Source: Bugula neritina (lineage: Eukaryota; Animalia; Bryozoa). From it: a DNA stretch of 64,000 nt. Position numbers and translations under genes: made by a program. The stretch spans positions 21,018,995 to 21,082,994 of the forward strand of contig OZ037765.1 in assembly GCA_964035545.1 (NCBI GenBank). The letters are read 5' to 3'. The notes beneath the pieces were generated by a model that was not told the origin of the DNA, searched no databases, and saw nothing but the letters and a program-made list of their open reading frames with translations. Numbering within the stretch: position 1 is the stretch's first letter; every line of letters begins with the position of its first letter. Shown piece by piece: positions 1 to 14,542 of this stretch.

Positions 1-1009
1 TCCTCAAATTCATTTTTACATGTGGTCGTGCAACAAATTATCCATACATATAACCAGTGCACTTGAACTGTACAAGAATAGTGGCTAAAATCTAAAATAT
101 TTAAATAAAGTATCGGTTTCTAAGCAAAAAGCAATTAAGTTTTTTTCCATAATACCTTTTTTGATATTAAAAATCTGCACTGGATAAATTGGTCTTGTGT
201 GTTAAATATCTCCTATGCTATTTATTAGAATTTATGAATGATTATCATTGTAACTTCAGCATAATAATAATGCTATAAGTCTGACATGTGTCTTTGTGGA
301 ACCTTTCAACTAGAAAGTGGATACTAATTATCTGGAAAACTATAAAAAGCGATTCACTAATTACCAAATCAATATTATAAGGAAATTAAAAGCTTTTTCG
401 AAATATTGCATAATATATAGTCAATATATTCTTTGCAGTACACAGTAAAAGATGAAATAGCTTTGTTTACTGAACTTGCTGTATCTACTACCAATCTTTG
501 CCAGGAGACATCATGTGACCTTGTTCCAGTCACTAGTTCACGGAGAAGAAGGTAAGCCTTCAAATGCAGCTAATATAGCATGTTTATTATTCTTGAAATC
601 TCTGATGTCTTCAGAGGAATTTATATCAGTCTATTAATCTAATACAAGGATATCATCTTGTAGTTGTTATTCTAATCTTATATAAATCCAGACTCTATCT
701 TTGAATAATAATTATTTGCAAGTGATTCTCAATATTTTTGCTGCAGTTGGCATTCTGCAAATACCCCAGCAGCTTGTTTTCTATGTTGCTTGTTAATTTC
801 TACTTGTATATTATATTATGTACAAAAACCTACTTGATGCATAAGTTGTATTGCTCTTTAAGAAATGTTTATGCACATATGTTAATTTAATAGTTTATAC
901 TTCAATGCATCCAACTGTGCATCTTATTGTTTATAATAGTAAGCATTTAAACAGTAATTAAAGTGAAGTAAGTAATAAATTGATGGCATTCTCTATTTGC
1001 AATTTATAG

Positions 1010-2780
1010 AAAGAGGTCCACATCTGTCACATTCTACAAGGAGTATTTTTCAAGACTCCCAGGCTATCCTCAGTATGATGAGAATAACAACCTACAGCTA
1101 GCCATATACTCTCTAGTGCCAGATGTTGGGGCAGTCTCAGCTCAAACCATGAGTCTGGTTGTCACTGTTTCTTCAACAAAGATCCTTAATGCTATTGGTA
1201 ATTACAGTCTGTTAGAAAAAATATATATAAATTCCTGAAGTTGATTAAGTGAAAACCGTTTAACATAATGCTCAGTTATTGTAAAAATATTGATTAAGAG
1301 TTTTCGGAAGAATTATCAGATCTGAAAAATTATATACTTTTCCTAATAAAAATATTCAGCTTAATGTTTTTTTATAATTTTATGTTTTTTATCATTTTAT
1401 AATATTAAATTAGCAGATAATTTTGAATAACTTATGCTTTTACATGCATGTTTTTAGGTTTTCCGGTGGCAAGCATTGACACTTTCCCTACTTCGTCAAC
1501 TACCACAGAAGCTGTTGGCGTAGCAGAAACTACAGTTAAGAAGGCTTCACTAAGCAGCAATGCATACATCTACATTGGCATAGCAAGTGGATTAGTGGCT
1601 ATCACAATCATTGTGGTGTTAGTGGCTGTTATTGTGAAGCAACAGAAGAGGTAAGTCAATCTAAAACACAATTGTAAGTGTACCTAGGAAATGCACAACT
1701 ATAAATAATTAACCATGAGGTCGTAAGCATTTAAAGCTTTTCTTCTAAGATGGCTGGTTGTAACAAAGTAACAATAAAGCCACGCTGCTAAATTTTATTT
1801 CTCACCCTCAAGCTTGTATGTAATAATACATAGGTTACTTCATGTCTTTCTTATTGACAACTTTCACTACATTTTGAGTCTAAAATGATGACCGTGCAAT
1901 AAAAACTAAGGTAAATAACTCCAACAGGAATTTAAAAGTAATCCTACTGTTGGCTCATGGCAATAATGATTTCAAATAAATCAAGTATTATAACTGTAAG
2001 ACGAAACACAGCAAATAATCTGAGTAATTAGCACCTGCTGAAACTAAGCAAATATTTATATTATTATTTTTATGGCAATCATTAAACAATCAATATTACG
2101 AGTATGTCACCATATAGGTATAATGTTACAAACCCAATTTATAGTGGCTATAAATATAACTCTTTGAATGAATTATATTTTAAACCATTTTGTTGATGAA
2201 CACATAATACTATATCTGAACGTAATATATCTAAAGATTTTTACTGAAATTGTTAAGAAAGCATTGCTGCACTCTATAATTTTAGCACTTTTCCAAACGA
2301 ACATCATTAAAAGCATTAGTTTTATGTTGTGATAGGTTATAAGCTTTAAATATTGTGTATATAAATTTACGGTCATACAAATATCTGAAACTGGTTCATT
2401 CATTCATACATGCTCCTTTCTGTACAACTGTGACAGGATATCTATTTTGACTTCGCACAGGCAAAAGCAGCAAATAAGTCAATCACCAGGTCTCGGTAGT
2501 TTCGATGAAGAACTAACGGAAGAGAATGACGCAGAGTCTGGAGCGGCAGCGAAGCAGCAGAAACACACCAGAGTTCATGTGCACGGTGGTCAAAGAGATA
2601 AGGAGGGGATTACTCCAATTAGCTATTTAGGTTTGTAGCTTGTTTATGGATTTAAACATTTTAAAATGCAATATATTATTATATTATGAAAACAGTTTTA
2701 ACAGATAGCATAGATTGCATATATTATTTTTTCACAAACTAATGCATGATTACAATCTTTCAGAAGTTCAAGGTGAGTAG
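1010..2780 (+). CDS. 3' portion of an uncharacterised single-pass (type I) membrane protein; 5' exons lie upstream of the window
   Basis: Phase-compatible GT-AG exons 1010-1197, 1458-1650, 2437-2630 and 2764-2780. Translation gives (R)KRSTSVTFYKEYFSRLPGYPQYDENNNLQLAIYSLVP, a Thr/Ser-rich stalk, a TM helix (YIYIGIASGLVAITIIVVLVAVIV) followed by KQQKRR, and an acidic tail ending EVQGE*. The last exon also contains a possible donor (CAAG|GTGAGT), so the C-terminus is uncertain. Confidence 0.75.
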
Positions 2781-3813
2781 ATGCTAGATGGCAGTAAGTA
2801 AATTGCTTATTGAGAAGTTTTTTTCCCAAACTTCTTGAAGCTGTGTTTGGATGACTATGCACGCTTGTTTGTTTTTGTGTGGCTAAGCAATGACCACCCT
2901 ATTATACTATATAGCTTACAACTATTTGCATACCTAAGTATAAATGCAATATAAAGAAATAGCATTCAATTGTATGAGAAGAAAGACTATATTGAGTTAG
3001 TAAATACACTCCTATTACCTGGTCATTGCATGCAATAATATTTGAAGTATTTATTTGCTTTTGTTGCCAAAGTGTAGTGCAGTGCTCTCCTATTTGGTTT
3101 TTGTGATAGTGTCAAGTTGGTTGATTATTTCTAACCAATCACCTGGCTTTGTTGGCTTTTAAGAAAAATGTCACTTCTTTAAATTAATTAAATCTTGTGG
3201 TTTACCTGCAAAGTGTGTCTGAGCTGCCGTTATTAAAAGTGAAATAAATATAATATTATGTTGGTACAATAATTCAACGTAATCCCAACCTCCATAGAGA
3301 TTGATGATTTGTTGCCATGTGATCATTTATAGAGTCAGTGAAATCTATTGGGTAGTTCAGCCTCACTGAGTGCTTAGTGCAAGTGACCAAAGTTTTGGGA
3401 TGACAATAAATAAACTAAATAAATAACTAACTTAGCAATAAAATTTTGCATAGGATATCTTATTGTAAATATGTCTATAAAAAAAATCTATCAAATAATT
3501 TGCATGCCTATAGTCTATTAAAAATGTAATACATATAATTATATACCAAACATACTTTACTGTGTAGCTAGTTGTGAAAAGGGGAAAATTTTATGAGTCA
3601 AAATAATGTGTTTTTTTACTATGCTCAAGAAAGCAATCTGCAAGCTGGTTGTAATAATTGCATTTATTTAAAAAATCCTAAACTGCTGTCATACTTGAAA
3701 TATATGAATAAGTCATATCAATTTGATTGGTTCTGCTTTCCCTGCCAATATATGCATTTAGTTCATTCATCAATTATAATCAAACACTTGAAATATTTAT
3801 TATATGTTTATGT

Positions 3814-3930
3814 TCATGTATAATAAATACATATATGTATAATATATTCATGTATAATAAATACATATATGTATAATATACTCATGTATAATAAATACAT
3901 ATATGTATATACTCATGTATAATACATATG
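3814..3930. repeat. 34-bp AT-rich minisatellite, about 3.5 copies
   Basis: Unit TCATGTATAATAAATACATATATGTATAATATA(T/C) starts at 3814, 3848 and 3882, with a partial copy at 3913. Confidence 0.9.
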
Positions 3931-4835
3931 TGTGCGTGCATGTGTGTAATATCAATATATATAATATTATATTAGTATCCCATTCTTCCAAGTAGTACAC
4001 TAAGGGCAGCTTTAGGCTTGCATTTCTAAAAGCAATAAGTTACTGGCCAGAAATATCTTCTAGTTAAGCATAGGAATTATAAGCAATCTGTACATTCAAC
4101 AAGACCTGCAACATAAAAACTGTATGTTTTTACAGCTTGGGATTAGATGTTTGAAGAAGAGCACTCAGTATGTAACAAACCCAAAAACTTCCATGAAATG
4201 ACTGCTTGATAGATTAGCAAACAAAGAGTGCCGCTGAAGTAATGTGATATGTGGTACGCAGCAGAAATGAATGCAAACAGTAATCCTTAATGACAGTCAA
4301 GACCAGTTTGTCCAGATTATCAGCAAATACTTTCAAGATTTTTAGAAATCCCAATGTTTTTGTTTATGTTTGTTAGTTTCAGCATTGTGCATAAGTATTT
4401 GCCACTTTACTGACCTCAGATTCTATTGTTATTTATTTTTTGTGATAATTGATATATATTTTTTTAAACTTTACTACTTTCTAATAAAATGATATATTTT
4501 TTTAAAATTTCATTTTGTTCCATAACTTTTTATTCCTTATTTAAAAAACTGATAAAAATACACTATATTAACAACCAAAAAATATATGTTTGTTTTACAT
4601 CAAATAAAGTGTTAGAACAAAATAGATTGCCTGCAAGACAAATGGTTCAACCAAAACTTAAGTAGACTAAACGTAATAGCTGTTTGGTACACAGAACGGT
4701 ATAGATACAATTGACAGCCCTTTTAGTAATCAAAGAAGATGCCATTTAAATTAATATGTTTTTATAGAACATAGTTGAGTGGTTAATTGTAGGTTTAAGT
4801 AAGATATAGAAATTCTATTAGGCATGTGAAGAATA

Positions 4836-7800
4836 TCAGCTTTGTATATTCTTCCATTCTCGCTCTCTCAACTCCACTCTCCTAGTTTTGCCAGACACAG
4901 TTTTAGGAAGATCTTTAACAAACTCAATCTACAACCAGAATCGTTAGAATAGAAAATCATAAAATCAAATGAAAGTTATAAGTTATTATTAAATCACAAA
5001 AAGGCATAATAGATCTGTAGGTTATAAGTTGGTTCACCAGTCGGGGATATTTGTATGGAGCTGTAGTCTGCTTAACATGATCCTGTAACTCCATCTTTAG
5101 TTCCTCCTCATTACCATACATGGCCTGCTCATTGAGAACTACAAACGCTTTCACAACCTAAAATTACAATTAAAGAAGAAATAATGCTTGCAATGAAAAT
5201 AACATCAAAATAATCAATACTTATACCAATTATCTAACTATCACTGCGCTTCTATTGCTTTGAATGAATGGATTTGTGGTTGCGGTTTGCATAAACTTAT
5301 GGGTGTGATTTTATTCGATGTAACAGTTCCCAATCATCAAATGAAAAATATATTCACCTAAAGCAATGATGGAAACGCAGTGTATGTAACTTCTACCACA
5401 TAACTAGAATCATGTGACAATCACATGACCATGTCACATGATGATGTTTTATCTTACTTCACCACGCAAGCTGTCGGGACTGCTGACTACAGCTGACTCC
5501 AACACGGCAGGATGTTCCTGTAAGGCACTCTCAACTTCAAACGGCCCAATCCTGTAGCCTGCAGACAAGATTACATCATCTGCTCGTCCCACGAACCAGA
5601 AGTAATCATCTTCATCTTGATACGCCCGATCACCTGTGAGGTAGTAATCACCAACAAATACTCGATCATTTCTTTCCTCATCATCCTGAAAGCACCGGCA
5701 CACCAAACTTTAGAAACAGTATCTTTAGATTGCGATCAGCAAGACTTTAAATATCTTAACATTAATGTTTTTTTTAATTCACTGAGACATTAAAGAGTTG
5801 ATAAATTTAACTTTTGGCAAAAAAAGCAAAACTATATTCAAATATGTATTTACTTTGATCAACTTTAATGGTTTTTACTGTTTCTACTTGACTTATAAAA
5901 ACTTACTAAATAACCAGAGAAGAGGGCTATGGGACGAGGAGAAATAGAAATAGCTAAGTTGCCCTCAGCATAGGGCTCTTGTTTCACACCATCATTGTCT
6001 ACAATCTACAAAAAATACTTCAATTCAGATTCACAAGTAACAAACATATGCTATATTTAGAATGAGATGACAAGAACAGCATGATATTGAAGTCATGTTT
6101 CTCATAAAATCAATGGCTCATTAAAAAATTCCACTACTACAAACTACAAACAGGATATGACCTTTAATCGTGTAAAAAGCTCAAGTGACACTATTTACAC
6201 CTGCACATGTGAAATGCATGACATCATAGGAGTATCATATTGCATCTATAACTGGCTATACGCTGCAATCCAATGAAGCTATTGATGCCTTAAATCAACA
6301 GCACATGGCAGGTTGCTGTTTTTTTAAGGATTGAAGTGTGTGGCTACCCGGGTGACAGCAAAACAGCTGATATCAACTTATAATGCAACAGCATACTATT
6401 ACTACCCAGTAACATTGCCATAGTACTGAAACATCCAGAAATATTTTAGTTCATCAGCTAAATATAACATAACTTCAGGGTTTCATACCCAAGCAATTTC
6501 GTTCTATATTCTATAATAATTTTTTGCAAACAAGTCCGCAATTAAGTTGTGTTTTGGCTCACCTTCGAATGACATTGAGATTAGCAGCAGTAAAGAACTA
6601 ATAGTGGTTATTGGTTTACTTTGATTACATGATATTCTTAGCTGCAGCTTAATTACTCAGAGTGGCAACAGACATTCCTAAGTGGGAACACAAATAAAGC
6701 CAGCCAGTGACATAATTATATTAAGAATCAATTTCACTGCAATAAGCCATAAGCCACAATAATAACATTATTTCAACATAAACTCAGCCTGACATCTGGT
6801 GAAATATCTATCTAACATAATATTCATAATAATCTAAAATCAAATAAAACATCAAGCAGATCATCTGTGAGTGACCAAGTAACAAAACAACATAAATTTT
6901 TCTTTTCTTAAGTTCTAGCTGGCTAATTTTCCAAAGTTACATCAACATTAATTGTAGTTATCTTCTCCATGAGGCCACAATACGGCAATCAGGTTGTGAA
7001 AGCTACAGATACACAGATACACTGCAACAATATTTATAATATTAATATGCTATATATATGCTGTATAACTCTGATACTGTATTTGAGTTGTGGCCAAGAT
7101 AAATTTCTACTTATTTTAAGACTACATAAATGCAATAATTAAGTGACCATGCTCTAATTAATTGTTTTAATTAGGAGTTGTATTCTCATATAATACCATT
7201 CGTTTATGATAATAAACCTGAAAATATGTAACTCCAATATTCAATAGGGTCTAGAATCTAGATGATAATTATTACCATTGTGTTAGATTCAGAATTATAT
7301 ACTATTAAGTACACACAGCCTGGAGTGCTTTGCACTTCTATAACCCCTTATAAATAATCAAGTCACCATAAATATATAATTTACTAGTATTTCGTACAGC
7401 TCCATATGTAATGACTAAATCTGGCTGTAAATGAAAAATAATGCATATCCCAATTACCACTGCTAAATCAATAGATTATATTCTGGTAAACTGGATTCTT
7501 CACATTACTAATATATCTAATAGGACATATCAAAGCAACCCATGTAAATAGAGCTTTCATGTGCACTCCTATTTTGACAACATAAATTGTATATTTTCAA
7601 TCAATGTTGAGGTTTTTCAGTTCCTAAATGAGGGAATCAAAGACTTAACCCTCCGTATCTTTTTTCAGCAATGTTATGAAACAGCATGCTGATTGCACAC
7701 TTTAACTATATAAAAACTGGTGTGAGTTTATATTCGTTATTCCTGTGAGAACCCCTGATGGAAAAGGTCTTTAAAGTAGACTAAGGACTTTTTTCTAGTG

Positions 7801-10800
7801 TAGCACAGGAGCTAGTTTGACTGGATGCTCTTCACTGGTGTTTGGACTCGTGTTTACTAAGCCAGCGCCTTAATCACTAAACCACAACTGTTCCCTGCAT
7901 GCCTCAACTACATGGTATCGACTATAGAATACTTTATGCTATGCTATAAAACAGCTCTAACTACATGGTACGCACCAAAGTATCATACTAACTGAAACAT
8001 ATGTTAAAGGAACACACTTACACACATATCAAAGCCGGGTGAAGCTTTACCCATTGAGCCTTGTTTAGTTTCTATACACTTGAATGTTCCACAGGCCAGA
8101 CCCTGCAAATACAGAGTTTAATATTCACATGTATTTTAGTGTATAGGAGGTGCTGTAAAAGTGGTGTAAGCTTATAGCTTACATAAGGTAAGCTTATATC
8201 CATTCTTACACATCATTCAGTATATGGAATTATTAGTTTCATAAATCTAAAATATAAATATTAGATTTTTGTACTCCAAAACTTAAATTTGAGCTAGTTG
8301 AATTTGACTAATGAGCTGTAATACAGCATGATATGATCATAAAACAACTTTAACTTAGCGGATTTCAAAGACTGGAAGAATTGATTCTATCATAGCATGC
8401 ACTTACTGTCTCAGTTTGTCCGTAACCCTCTCTAATAGGTACTCCAGTACCACTTTCAAATATATCCATTACTTCTGGATTCTTCAACAACAAATCAGCA
8501 ATTCAGGTTACAGAAAACGGCATCAAATTTTTGTTTGCAAAACTTAAGGTTTCACTTCAGGTGTCATATCATATCTCTAACAACCAGACCTTTATGAGTT
8601 TCATCTACTTAGTAATACTATAGTTTATTGGATACAACATGTGTGCTGAAAAAAAATGGACACAAGTTATAAAGCGCTTAAGTACAGGCTGTACATAGCA
8701 CATAAACAGTTGAAAGCCTTGCTCTGGTATAGTATAATGGTTCAAACTTTGCATTGGCATGCTTGAGAGTACAGAATCACAACATCACATGGTATTGGGT
8801 GCGATTATGGGAACCTCATAAAACTAAGCTAAAACAATAACTGCCAAAGCATGCTGTTAAAATGTCACTATATTTGGCAGCATTTGAGAACTAAATTAAC
8901 GCCAACATTATTTTTTAAAGTTTTGCATCAACATACAATGTTAGAAGCTATGAGTGAGACACTTGGACAGGATCACTTACATACTAAACCCTCACTTACC
9001 AGTGGCTCTGCAGCACTAACGGCGTGAGACAGGGAATTCATTCTGTACTTTTCAAGATTTTGCTGCACAAGAAATCTATACCCGGTTGGGGCAGTGCAAA
9101 ATGTTGTTATTGGATAATCCGAGAGGACCTAAAAATACATGTATTATGTAACAGGGATCATATAATACCAACACATTTTATGTCAAATCTCCAACAATTA
9201 TCAAACTCGACCATCTACTGTACCATCTACTCAATATTTATTTGCTCCATTAGCTTTATAGTTACTTTCCATTTTTAATATAAATGCATATAACAGTATT
9301 TAATAACATTTCCAGTTTGCCTATTGAAATGTCATTCAGTAAAAGATAAAATCATAAGATTTTTTATAACCAAATAACATTTTATGCATTTCACACTCTT
9401 TATAGTTTATAACCACAGCATTAATGTCATTGGCTTGCTTCTAAATAATATACATTTATGTGTATTGAGCAAAGTGAGTTCACCATACCTTCAAGGTCAA
9501 CTCAGGGTCAAACTTTTTTGTGTTATGCACAAACACAGTAGAACCTTGAGACCAAGGCCCAAATGTACCACTATAAGCAATTTTTGCCCATCCTGTGTCA
9601 GCATTACACCACATCACATCCTGGTCTGTCAGATCTAACCAATATCTGCCAAGTAGAGACATGTGATGGAAGTATACACAACTTATTCAAGAAGAAAATG
9701 AAATTTATGCATATGTAAAATTGTAACTATTGGTAAAGACTCTTAAGTTACTGAATAATTCATGTATAAGTATTACATGGATCGTCCATTAGTGTGTCTC
9801 TTAAGTAGGTGAAAAAAGTACCTAAAATGCATCATTGAGGAGTTTTTACATTGGTTGTTTTCTTTTCAACCATCCATATAATTTTTTTCAAAACCCAATA
9901 AAGCAAGATAAAAAATAATCAACCTCAACAATAGGCTGAGTTTCACTTACATCGTATGCTTACATGTTTTTTCCCACGTTGAACTCGGTTTGACAAAAAA
10001 CAGATTGTAAGACTTTTTTCTGACTTTCCATTCATGATAACATAATCATGTATTTTGTCATTCATTGCAATGCTCATTTATAGAAAATATATAACTTATA
10101 TTGAATACCTGCCAGTTCCATAGTGTCCTAAGCCATAGCTAGCATGAGTTTGTGGAGTCATTTTAGGTGCGCCTGTAGTACCACTCGTAAAGTATATATG
10201 CATCAACTCAGACGATAGAGTATCAGCATGCTAAAATTAGTATAAATCAAATTTAGAATAAAAACAGGGCATAGAGGAATGTTTTTAAAATTGTTAGTGT
10301 CATATTATGTACTCTTATTATTGTATTGTTTAGATAAAGATCAATGTCAAGTTTTCCTAAAGTCAAGGTCATTACAGGCTCACTAAGGTTACCCACTACA
10401 GTAACTACTACTAGCACATGTTCATTTTTAAAATAAGTGATTATCTATTGTATCTGTAGTTATATTATCACATTTTGGCCAGTGCTTGCTGCATAAACCT
10501 AATTTAAGTTGTTATCTACTGTATACGTTCATTAAACTAAATAAACCTGCTCGTTTTAATGTAACATGGCTAGATGCAATCTCCCAACAAGATTGTTTTT
10601 TAATCCTGCTAGCTGGACAGAGTGGTTTGCCTGCTGGAGTAGTTATATGGAAATCTAGCTAGATCACGATGAAGAACAACTGGTAATCGATAGTTTAGAA
10701 AACAAAAATTAGAGTATTTTAATGGCATGGCTTTGCCAGATGAAGATTCAAAAAGCTACCAGAAAGGGTGAAAAACTTTTCAAAAATATTTCTCAACACT

Positions 10801-13800
10801 CAAGCACATAATATACAAAAGAACTGAATTCTTTATAAGATGCCCACGGTCTAGAGAAACAGCCAAACAGTATATTAGTGCACTAGACGATATAGCTGAC
10901 CAGAGTGATTTTTTAAACAGGTCCAAATAAATGAAAGGCTGTATTGTATTGGAATTACAGACGTCAACTGAAGTGAAAAATTGACAGAAGAGGTGGCTAT
11001 AAATGTGGCTATGGATCAAGTAGATGAAAACATCAAAGATATCACTATGATTTAAACTTCATACTGGAATAGTTTCAACAGCACCAATAAGAAACTCATC
11101 AAAGTCTTATATCAAAGCACCCATATATACATTATGTCAGCTAGTAGTATGATGAAACGAAGGCCAACTAGATTTTCACGTTTGAGTCGGATCCCATCAG
11201 GGCTTTTACCTTATATGACTTCTAAATTAACTATGAATGCGTTTGTATTGTACCATACTGAAAGATAAGAGCTATGGCGGCAAGACATAATGTTATATAC
11301 ATATACATGTATCATCTGCAAGTTGTGTTATCAAGTAACATCAGAAATTTCAAATATAATAAGATCTCTTCTCAAAACAGTAAACAAAACAACATAAATA
11401 AATATGAAACCTTAGGGACAAAACAACACCTATTTTAAAAAATTGAAATCAATGTAGTTCACGCAGCACAATTACAGAAGTGGAGATAGATAGACAAGAC
11501 TTGCCTACTATTTCAAGCAGTTACATTCCCAGGCTCAAAGTTACACATACAAAGAAGAACACATGAGAAATAACATCCAGAATTCTGCAGCTATACCAGC
11601 TGTTTTCAACTCACATAAATGTGATGCAAAGTCTGATAACATGTAATTGTTTAGAAACAAACAAATCATAAACTGAGGGTTTCCTTTTCTAATTATTGGC
11701 ATTATTACACTTGTGCTAGCAAAATGTTTCCAACATGATTACTAAGTTACAGTTACAGCGCAGTGTTTTAATCTGTCTCACTACGGCAATCCTATAATTT
11801 ATTTGCAGGCACCACACATCTGTTTACTGGGGTATAAAACATTACAATTTTGATTAGGTTTATAAATTATTTTTATAACAACAGCAACAAAGATATTTGG
11901 AAGTCACTAGATTGTATATAATTTATCAAGATGGTAGAGAATTCTTACTTACCTTATGATTTGGGCTTCCTTTATTCATCAGAAGGTTTAGGTTTAGCCA
12001 GTCATCTGGACTGTTAAATATAGCAACTTGAATACAAATAATAAGTAATTGCTTATAGTACGACACTAAAAAAAACACTCAAGTAACAAACCTTGCAACG
12101 TTAGGGCAACTTTCATCTCATTCGAATACAGGCAAATATTAATACAGGTCTTTTACATAGAAAACTTGTCATAAAAAGACAGCTGGTAAAACAAGGAAAC
12201 TGAAAACCAGATACTTTGGTTCTTTAGCAATAAAGATGTTCTGAGTGTAACAACTCACCATGTTTCATTGGTCACACAGATCTTTGTCAAGCCATGCTTT
12301 TCTGAAGTCACCTGTCCAATAAAATTAACTGCTGAACATTAAATCTTCTCTGGTATGCTTCAAGAATACCAGAGAAGTAAAAATGCTATTTTACAGCATC
12401 AAGTTACTCTAACCCTAGGGCCACACAGTGCGTATTTTCGCATGCGAAAATTGAAATCACAAGTAGCAAAGGTGTCCACTGTACGCGTTGAGAAAACATT
12501 CGCACTTGTCGCTCAGCATTCTCAACGCAAGTGCGAATCGTCTCTGTCGTCGTCACCTAATTGGCTGGTAGTTATTCAGCGAGCCCAATTTCTTTATTTT
12601 AGTGCTACATTCCAGTAAATTGCGTTTTATTGAAAGCGAGTACGATTTAAAAATGAAAGCTTTATTTATCACGCATCACTGACGCTACAGTGGACACCTT
12701 TGCTACTTGTGATTTCAATTTTCGCATGCGAAAATACGCACCGTGTGGCCCTAGGCTTACCTGAAGTAATATTTCCAGTAACTTTACTGATGATGTTTAA
12801 AAAAATGTTTAGTTTTTCTAATACATAGAAATTGGGAAAATTAAAATGACAACAAAACAAAAGAAAACAAAACTCACAACATGCAACAACCTACAATTAA
12901 AGTTACCTGTTCATAATCATACTTCTTGTTATGTATGTTGAAGAATCACTGAAAAATCGAAATGTTTTCAAATAGGTGTAATACAAACTGAATGAAAACA
13001 GCTTGAGCAACAATTGTACTGATAGTCTAATAAATGGTAATAAAACCAATCATAAAATCCCTCTACACAGTCTATAATTAACGCGCACTATAAAACAATG
13101 CTTATGGCGAGTGTTTCCACAGGCCACAACATGTAGAAACATACCTTTTCAATGACGCCAATAAGATCTTGATGCACAATGACAGCAGTGGCAGCTGATT
13201 TCTCAAGTCTTAAGGCAATGTCTTTCTGAGTCAGCAAAGTAGTCCCAGGACATAACACAACACCTGCATATAGCCTTGAATAAATCACATCAAATCTATC
13301 CTTCAATCTCAGACACTAACTCAATGGTGAACAGCAGGAATTCCCCATCACTTACACAGAATGTTGTATTATGGTAAAACTGACCAGCCCGAATGCACGC
13401 CAGATTCAGAATCCACCACTCGACTATTCTTGGTAATATTGCAAGGACGCGATCTCCTCGCTTCAGGCCACACGACTCCAACCCATTGGCTAATCTGAAT
13501 AACACAGACTTCTAAACATTGAAAGACTATAAAATAAATTTCAATCAACTTAATGGGCCTCAGAGGAGCAAATTTAAGTTTTTGAACAATTGTTTAACAA
13601 AGATACTATTTTACTTTTTTGAGAGCTCACTCAGCTGGGAATAACTGTATTTCCTATCACTCCCAACATCTTCTAATAGCCACAGGGCTGTGCTGTTAGG
13701 CTTCTAAATATAAAATATAACACTATAAACAAAACTAACATTTGTATTTTCCAACTATATATCAAGAAAATTTTACGATGCAATTATTAAAATACTATAA

Positions 13801-14542
13801 TTATAAATTTACCAAGCAATCTTACTAATAGTTTATTTAAAAACACATCAGCATTTCAGCTTAGAAGCAGGTAGATGTAAATACTGCAGTCAGAAGGATT
13901 TATGCTGTAGTTTCCAAGCTAATAATACAAAATTCAAACCTTATTGAAAGCTAACAAAATGATTTTTCTTCATGTTTGTGTTATAATTAAGACAATCTGC
14001 ATGGTTATTATAATTGGCATTTGAAAATAATAGAAAAAATCAAACTAGTGTTCCAATATTGTAAAAATAAATTGGGGTTGATTGGCTAAATGTGAATATC
14101 CGGTCATTAGTAATGATGGAAACACCACTGTTTTAATCTTTTGTTTTCTTATTTATGTAACAATATAGTAGTTTCTAATTTGTTAGAACAGAGGTGCAGT
14201 TTAGTATTAAACATGCTAGTTAAGTATTTAATGATCTAGGTTGTTTGAATTCAACTTTTACAAACCATGCAAATAAAAAGACCTATAGGTGCTAATAACT
14301 TTTTACTGCTCAAAACTTAAGTGGTCTAATAATAAGCATCACATGGCTGATACCTTTCTTGCTATGACATCAAAACAGTTGATGCTAAAGTTGTAATTTG
14401 TTGGAACATTGGATTTAAACTCTTCTCTCGCTTGATTGTAGTCATTAAACCCAGTTCTTGAAGCAGCATATCCTCTATGAGTAATTCGAGTTCTTAAAGA
14501 GTATAGATAAGTGTGAAAAGTAGCACCTTTTATCAATCCCAT
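4836..14542 (-). CDS. ACSM: Mitochondrial medium-chain acyl-CoA synthetase (ACSM3-like), 15 coding exons, about 573 aa
   Basis: Exons 14542-14354, 13703-13615, 13494-13385, 13263-13145, 12311-12259, 12010-11953, 10230-10109, 9645-9489, 9128-9000, 8481-8407, 8102-8022, 6005-5907, 5685-5458, 5157-5038 and 4928-4836 are all phase-compatible (1722 nt). ANL motifs: [59 protein letters not shown], and DTGWAK typical of ACSM. The N-terminus is Arg-rich and presequence-like. Confidence 0.95.
7800..7890 (-). mobile_element. Degenerate tRNA-derived SINE-like relic in an ACSM intron
   Basis: Minus strand reads CAGTTGTGGTTTAGTGATTAAGGCGCTGGCT... (Pol III A-box-like) followed by GAGTCCAAACACC (degenerate B-box). 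No full cloverleaf. Confidence 0.45.
10566..11050 (+). mobile_element. Degraded Ty3/Gypsy gag relic in an ACSM intron
   Basis: Frame-broken translation [20 protein letters not shown]...[45 protein letters not shown]...IVLELQ resembles the invertebrate Gypsy gag pattern (N-x-I-x-E-R-x-x-F...GE...Y-I-x-A-L). It is preceded by AATAAA...GTAACA|TGG, which may be an LTR end. Confidence 0.6.
12412..12757. mobile_element. MITE with about 70-bp near-perfect terminal inverted repeats, flanked by TA
   Basis: CCTAGGGCCACACAGTGCGTATTTTCGCATGCGAAAATTGAAATCACAAGTAGCAAAGGTGTCCACTGTA (12414-12483) is mirrored at about 12686-12755 with one mismatch. No coding capacity. Confidence 0.92.

Noticed and set aside
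375-780. Minus-strand ORF 375-563 and nearby CRMP / LQDDILV fragments suggesting a very old Gypsy RT relic
   Set aside because: The motifs are short, in different frames and separated by many stops; too weak to call without a search.
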